Source of the DNA: a virus
Taxonomy: Duplodnaviria > Caudoviricetes
Length of the DNA: 25,690 nt
IMG/VR virus record: IMGVR_UViG_3300042507_002079
Coordinates: 1-25,690 of that record
Direction: 5' to 3' (one strand)
The position numbers and the translations under genes were made by a program. Numbering within the stretch: the stretch's first letter is position 1; the number at the start of each line of letters is the position of its first letter. Positions 25,657 to 25,690 of this stretch are shown here, one piece after another. The notes beneath the pieces were generated by a model. The model ran no database searches, had not been told where the DNA came from, and saw nothing but the letters and a program-made list of their open reading frames with translations.

Positions 25657-25690
25657 TGCAATGGTGGGGTTACGCAATTTGTAAAAATAT
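25656..25690 (+). CDS. Start of next gene, possibly a WhiB-family regulator (3' truncated)
   Basis: TAATG coupling; MQWWGYAICKN fits the W-x3-A-x-C WhiB N-terminus, but only 11 codons are visible. Confidence 0.35.
   Translation, partial: MQWWGYAICKN

Noticed and set aside
1-25690. Stop-codon reassignment
   Set aside because: Genes are full length under the standard code, and TAA, TAG and TGA all terminate genes at tight junctions

Overview
This window is the morphogenesis and lysis half of a tailed dsDNA phage with podovirus-like (P22/T7-style) organisation, and every credible gene is on the + strand. Gene order: terminase C-terminus, two small genes, portal, scaffold, major capsid, small head proteins, head-tail adaptor, nozzle and a tail fibre with an S74 chaperone. 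Next come a Zn/HTH + metallophosphoesterase cluster, a cluster of secreted, lipo- and membrane proteins, an M15-type endolysin and a holin-like gene. Then four probable internal (ejection) proteins including a 1974-aa giant, a RusA-like resolvase, small basic proteins, a 470-aa orphan, an SLT lipoprotein and possibly the start of a WhiB gene. An actinobacterial host is inferred from repeated leaderless TANNNT-6/7nt-start promoters, the Thr-rich exported proteins and the WhiB-like start. The most striking unexplained signal is a set of GGA(U/A)-tetraloop hairpins: three in the structured 5' leader of the capsid gene and one in the leader of the ejection-protein operon, suggesting a shared post-transcriptional control of late genes. 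All functional calls come from motif recognition and gene context; no database searches were run.
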